Source: Vicugna vicugna
Lineage: Eukaryota
Assembly: GCA_013265495.1 (NCBI GenBank)
Contig: MU057560.1
Location: forward strand, 2,354,909-2,418,908
DNA: 64,000 nt
Reading direction: 5' to 3'
The notes beneath the pieces were generated by a model. That model saw only the letters and a list, made by a program, of their open reading frames with translations. It ran no database searches and was not told the DNA's origin. Positions 58,749 to 64,000 of the stretch are shown piece by piece. A program made the position numbers and the translations under genes. Numbering within the stretch: the first letter of the stretch is position 1; each line of letters begins with the position of its first letter.

Positions 58749-60144
58749 TCAGCAAAATTAAATTCTGCTCTATGTAATGTTTTAACTAGTAGACTTTCTG
58801 GGGCAGTGTCAAGTTTACAGGGAAACTGAGTCCGAGGGACGGAGAATTCTCGCGTGACCCGCACCCAAGCTCCGCCGTTACTAACATCCCACCTTGGCCG
58901 CTGGCTTTGCTACAGCTGACCAGCGGACGTCGATACGCGATGATCCGCTGGGTCCGCGGTGTGCGCGTCGGGGTTTACTCTCTGCTGGTTGGGTTTTGAC
59001 GGAGGCCTGTCATCAGGTTTATAGTTTCTGCAGAGAGGTTTCCTCCCAGCTGGGACCATCCACCAGCGCCCTCCCCCGCCCCCAGCAACCGCTGCCCTGT
59101 CCTTGTCTCCGTGTTTGCCTTTTCTAGGGCGTCACGTGGCGGGAATCGTGCGGCTGCAGCCTTTGCGCACTGGCGTCTTTGAGCTGACGTTGTGTGTGTC
59201 GGTCCCTGCACGCCTTTCCCTTGCTCTCTGTGGCGTTATTAGTAAATACTTGGTTATGTCCTTGTTTTCTGGACGCTGACAACCCACATCACTGTGTTCA
59301 AGCAGCGGCCGCAGCTCCAACCCCTGGAACTCCCAGGAACGGGGCTCCACCCTGGTCCTGGACCCTCCCGGCCCGCCTGTGGTCTCCCATCCCAGGCAGC
59401 CCCCCGGCCCACCCCACGCCCACCTCCCCGCTGGTTTTGATCCGCTGGCTCTCTGCACCGTGCTGGGTCCTGTCAATGGCTGTCTGGGCGGCCCCTCCGG
59501 GGGGATCTGCCCCTGGGGAGACCCCGTGCTCCTGTCTGCAGCCCTCGCAGTGCACAGCTCCCCAAAAGGACGCAGCTGGCTGCTCCCTGCAGCCCTGACC
59601 TTGTGACTTCCAGTGCCTGCTACTGCTCAGTCGTGTGCATTGTATGTGAGAAAGATCCAGAAGCTCGTCTGTTTCTATGGTGACGGAGCCAGGTGAGCAG
59701 GCGGGATCGAGGGATGCGTTTTCTCAGATGCATCTTGCTTCTTCCCCATCTCCACACTGCCCCCCCTTTCCTCGTCTTCCGCTCACACTCATCTTCTTAG
59801 CCGTGTCACCAAATTAATCCTCTGCCTCCTGGAGACCTGAGCCCAGACGCCAGCTTCACAGGCATGCGGGGACCTGCCAGTTCGTTAGTTGGAATCTCCG
59901 AGCTGGAATATGAGGCAGGTCACGTGGTGTGTGTCTCCCAGGTTTGCAGGAGGTTACAGGAGATTATGTGGCTAGAGTGTTTGGTATGGAATGTTCCACC
60001 ATGTTCCTTTCTCTCTCTTTCCTTCTTGCACGAGGTCAGCTTGTAGCTGAGCACAATGGCACCTAAGTTCAGTTTGGGCAACTCAGTTCACCCAATAAAG
60101 CTTGACTAGCTGTTCCTTGTCTGCCCTGGACACCACCCTCCACA

Positions 60145-60200
60145 AGCACATACACATATACACACAAACACACGCTCACAGGTGTGCACACACACACACT
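60145..60200. repeat. Decayed (CA)n tract
   Basis: gcacatacacatatacacacaaacacacgctcacaggtgtgcacacacacacac. Confidence 0.8.
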
Positions 60201-61289
60201 CACCAGTGAAGAACCACGAAGACCCAAGCCAACCGTGACTCCAGCAGGCGGAATCCACACGCCCGCCGTGCAGAGCGTCAGGACAGGGCACTGTGATGCT
60301 TGCGCATTCAGTGAGAAAAGGCCCCACCGTGTGGATCTCGGCTGATTTCCCAGGGATGGGGCCACAGGCTCCAGCCGCTCCCAAGCCCTGGGAGGTCCGG
60401 TGGGGGGGGGCGCAGCCAGAGGCACGGGGCTCTTGGGCTCCCTGCCTCATGGAGTTCCTGGCTGCCCTCCTGGGAGCCAGTCAGAACCTCACTGCCACCT
60501 CCGTGAGCTGGTGACACGGAGGCCTCCCGTGGCCGAGGGTCAAGGTGGCTGAACTGTTCCAGAGGCCCTGGGCCCTGTGACCACCTAGCCCGGCTACAGA
60601 CAGCGAGGAGGTGAAGCTTGTGCTGGTGGGGGTGCCATGCAGGGGCCCCCATCTTCCCTCCCCGCAGACTTGGAGCCCCCGGACCTCATGCAGGTGAACA
60701 CGGACAGCCTGGCAGGATGGCACAGTAAGTGCTGGGGCTCGGCCCCTCACTGCGGAGCCGGGCCCTCAGCCCCCCAGTTGCCGGGGTGTCCCCCCACTTC
60801 TGAGAGTGGGCTCTGAGCCCACGTGGGGCCTCCTGGGTCCTACCTTCCTGATGCGCCCAGCAGCTGGCTGGGTCATCAGCTCCTGTCCACCTTGCCTCGT
60901 GCTCCAGCCAGAGCGTCCTCCCTGCTTGGCCGTCTCTCCCAACACCTGGACGCTCGCCGGGATGGCCGGGCTCTGGCTGGTTTTGAGGACACTGGGTGTC
61001 CTTGAACAGCACCCCTGAAGGAGACACCGCAGCGTGGACCCGCCTGGGGCAAAGCAGACCTGGCAGTTAGGAACCTCAGCCAGTGGGGCCACTCCCTCCT
61101 CACGCGGGGCTTGCGCAGTGAAAGCTTCGTACTGTCCTCCAGTGGGCAGAGGCAGGGCAGGTCTCCGAGCCGCAGGATGGAGGGCCCTGGAGCTGGCCTG
61201 CCCAGGCGAGGGAGGCACAGGGCCTGCCATTACCGTGGTCCCCTCTCCACCAGGCGCCCGACCCATGAGGATTCGGGTTTCACAGAAAG

Positions 61290-61370
61290 CCACTGATGCT
61301 CCGTTCTACAAGTGAGGAAACGGAGGCTCAGAGAGACTGTGCAAGCTGCCCTGAGCTGCTCGGCCAGAGC
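61290..61370 (-). mobile_element. MIR core
   Basis: gttctacaagtgaggaaacggaggctcagagagactgtgcaagctgccc. Confidence 0.75.
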
Positions 61371-63147
61371 AGGTGGGGCCGGGGATGCCGGCTGCAGCGT
61401 CCCGCTGGCCTGGCTCGTCGGGGGGAAGCTCGGCCCGGCCCCAGGGGCGGAGGGGCCTTTGCTGACTGCCCCAGGTCCCACCCCAGGGGTAATTAATGGG
61501 GACTTGCATCCTCCTGAGATGAAGTACGCCTGCCTGGGACCCTGGCAAACCCAGGGGCCCCCACAGAAGGCCAGGACCCCATGGAAAGAAAGGCCAGGCT
61601 CTCTTCGGACACCTCCGACTCCTCCGAGTTTAGCTCCTGGAGTGGTGTTGACTAAATGCTCATCTAAAGTGTGGAGCAGCCTGGTGTTCATTGCGTGTCA
61701 TCGACATGTGGAGTCCTCCCTGGGTGCTTGGACCACGTCTCCCACCTTCTTCCTCACGACCCCTCGGGCCCAGGTGCACCTGCCCTGGTTTTAAGACGAG
61801 GGCGTTACTGTTTTGAGAAGTCTGATCTACCGAATCTCAAAGCTGCTCAAAAGCAGGGTCATAATTTCCAGCAAAATCTGTTTTACTGAAAAATCGTAGC
61901 AATTCCTGGTCAGCTTCTTTATTCATTGACTCTTCTAAGAAATCAGTGTCATGTGCTGGAGCTGACAACATGCAGGACGTCCATCTTCGCTCACCAGTGA
62001 CAGTCCTGATACCTGCTTTCCACGCCGACCTTGGAGGAGTGTCCACTCTTCAACTGGTCCAGCTCTCAGCACCGGGCACGCACAGGCCTGACCGCCCCAG
62101 ACATCAGGCCTCACTGGGGCGACCCCTGCGTGCCCCTGCTGCCTTTGGGTCCACACTGTTGGAGCGCCCCCTCCCCCACCCAGAGCAGACAGGGTCAAGG
62201 AAGCTCCCTGCAGCCCCAAGTCTGTAAAGTCAGGACTCCTTCCCCACCTGGAGATCGGAGCCCCAGAGGGGACTCAAAGCCAGCCCCTGACGTGCCAGAA
62301 TTTCCTTAGGGACACTGGCCCCGGAGGACGGCAGAGACGTTCATTCACGCGAGCTTCCCACTCCTGTTTCTCTCCCTTTTATGGTCAAGAAATCAGGCCA
62401 CAGAAAATTCTGCGTTTGTCCCACCTTTGGTGTCAGTCCTGACCCGACTGTCACCCGGGTGGGCTCCTCAGAGGTCTGTCCGTGGGGCCCTGACCTGCTC
62501 CTGGAATCATAGCCTGTGTGCCCAGGGTCTGTGCCTCCCACCCGCCGCCCAAAGCTGAGCTGACCTTCATTCCTTCCAAACGGGCGCCCCTGGCTCCTCC
62601 GTTTCCATTAACAGCAGAGAGCCCGGAGTTTAATTCCCCAGCTGTAAACCGAGCATTTCCTGCGTGCTGCTGTCCTCCCCTGAGAAAGTCAAGAAAATAA
62701 AGATGGGCCGGGGAGAAGGGAGCTCACCCCAACTGATTACCTGCCACATAGAAGAGTTAGTCATCACCCAACCCTGAGAGCCACCGCTTTTATTCCCCTT
62801 TGGGGGGGAACCTGAGGCTCAAGGGAAGGGGAGAGCCCTCTCCAATAGTCACAGCCAGTGACGGGCCTGACCTGCACTAACACTCAGGGCTGCAGATTCT
62901 AAGGCACGGCTCACCATCATCCACACTGGCCCACATCCCTGGGCATCAGTGCAGCCGGGTGTAAGATCGTGAACAACCAATAGAGCTGTGTTGAATAAAA
63001 TCCTTAAAAAGGGATCATGCTGGAATGTCTCGCTTGCTCCGAGGAGAAGTGGCTCAGAAGAGCAAAGATAAAAAACAGCAGGTGAGCCACCAACCAAAAT
63101 AAGAACAAAGTTTATTATCTATTGTGCTAAGCCGTGTCTTTGCTCTA

Positions 63148-63420
63148 TTGATTCATGCAATTGTAGTCAAAGTATTTATCGAGCTCTTACATGCCAGGTA
63201 TTGTCTGAAGAGCTGGGGCCCAGGCCCACAGGGCCCCTCCCTCCCTGGAGCTTGCATCCTGGTGGACGGACAGGGAACGCGCGATTCTGCAAGTAAGTAA
63301 GCGAGGAGAGTTCTGCGAAGTTCTGGGAAGGAACCAGCTATCTCGCTCTTCAGGGCAGAAGAGCAGGGGCCCACCCAGACCCAGGGCAGCCCTGGGAGCT
63401 TCCCTGAGGCAGTCAGTCCT
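63148..63420 (-). mobile_element. L2 3' end
   Basis: caaagtatttatcgagctcttacatgccaggtattgtctgaagagctgggg...ccctccctggagcttgcatcctggtgg...gagcttccctgagg. Confidence 0.8.
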
Positions 63421-63579
63421 TCAGCGGCGGGAGGGGCGATGGGAGCGAGCCCCGTGAGAAGGGCGGGTGTGCCGGGGGCGGGTGTAGAAGGGGTCTTACA
63501 GGCACGCGCGGCAACGCACCAAGGTTCTCAGGCGGAAGGAGAGGCAGAGAGAAGGTGGCTTGATGGCGGCGGGGCCGGC

Positions 63580-63600
63580 GTGCAGGTGCAGGTGCAGGTG
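63580..63600. repeat. (GTGCAG)3.5 hexamer repeat
   Basis: gtgcaggtgcaggtgcaggtg. Confidence 0.85.
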
Positions 63601-63800
63601 CCAAGTGTGGGGGGAGGCTGATCGTGGACTCCTCCCCAGTTCCCACCCCTTCCTGCAGGTACGGCCTCCTCACTCTGACCTCTTCCTAGAGTCGGAGTCT
63701 ACCTCCTTCATCCTGCCCCTGCCCCACATCTGGGCTGGGCTGCTTGACCTTCCGAATGTGGGGACGGTGGCCACAACCCAAGAGGCCGCAGTGTTTCCTC

Positions 63801-63862
63801 CTCCCTCTCTATGTCTCTGTCTCTCTCTGTCCCTTTGTGTCTCTCCCATCTCTCTCCATCTC
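63801..63862. repeat. CT-rich simple repeat
   Basis: ctccctctctatgtctctgtctctctctgtccctttgtgtctctcccatctctctccatctc. Confidence 0.8.
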
Positions 63863-64000
63863 TTTTAGTTCCCCCACAGCCCCATGAACAAGCCCAGGCA
63901 TACAAGCCAGAGCCATCCTGGACCAGCCAGTCCCCAGCTGACCACCAACTGGCACAGAGTCACGCCTGAGCCCCCTGGGACCGGCCGAGCCTGGCCTTCG

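Noticed and set aside
1-64000. CRISPR arrays, tRNA, rRNA, known miRNA hairpins, processed pseudogenes
   Set aside because: No repeat-spacer arrays, tRNA cloverleaf/box A-B pattern, rRNA similarity, recognisable miRNA, or polyA-tailed coding remnant was found by eye

Overview
Mammalian genomic DNA, GC- and CpG-rich by eye (subtelomeric/H3-isochore type). The L1 3' ends are of the cetartiodactyl type, most like camelid L1. I saw no ruminant, pig, whale, carnivore or primate SINE, so a camelid source is an inference. I could not recognise any protein-coding gene, RNA gene or CRISPR array. Nearly all long ORFs in the track look like stop-poor artefacts of GC-rich sequence, and the only recognisable peptide is an L1 ORF2 C-terminus. 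The window reads as intergenic or large-intron DNA with L1, L2, MIR, MLT1/MLT2, MER20/MER5/MER58 remnants and a solo ERV LTR. It also holds short AT-rich islands with clustered transcription-factor motifs. The best leads are: a 147-bp tandem duplication that duplicates a minus-strand splice donor; a TAL1-GATA composite plus GATA cluster next to a CTCF motif; a Coordinator-like homeodomain/E-box element; a MEF2/GATA/DR4 cluster; several well-formed minus-strand candidate exons; and a GC3-biased, cystine-knot-like reading frame. Repeat family names come from recalled consensus sequences and need RepeatMasker/Dfam confirmation.
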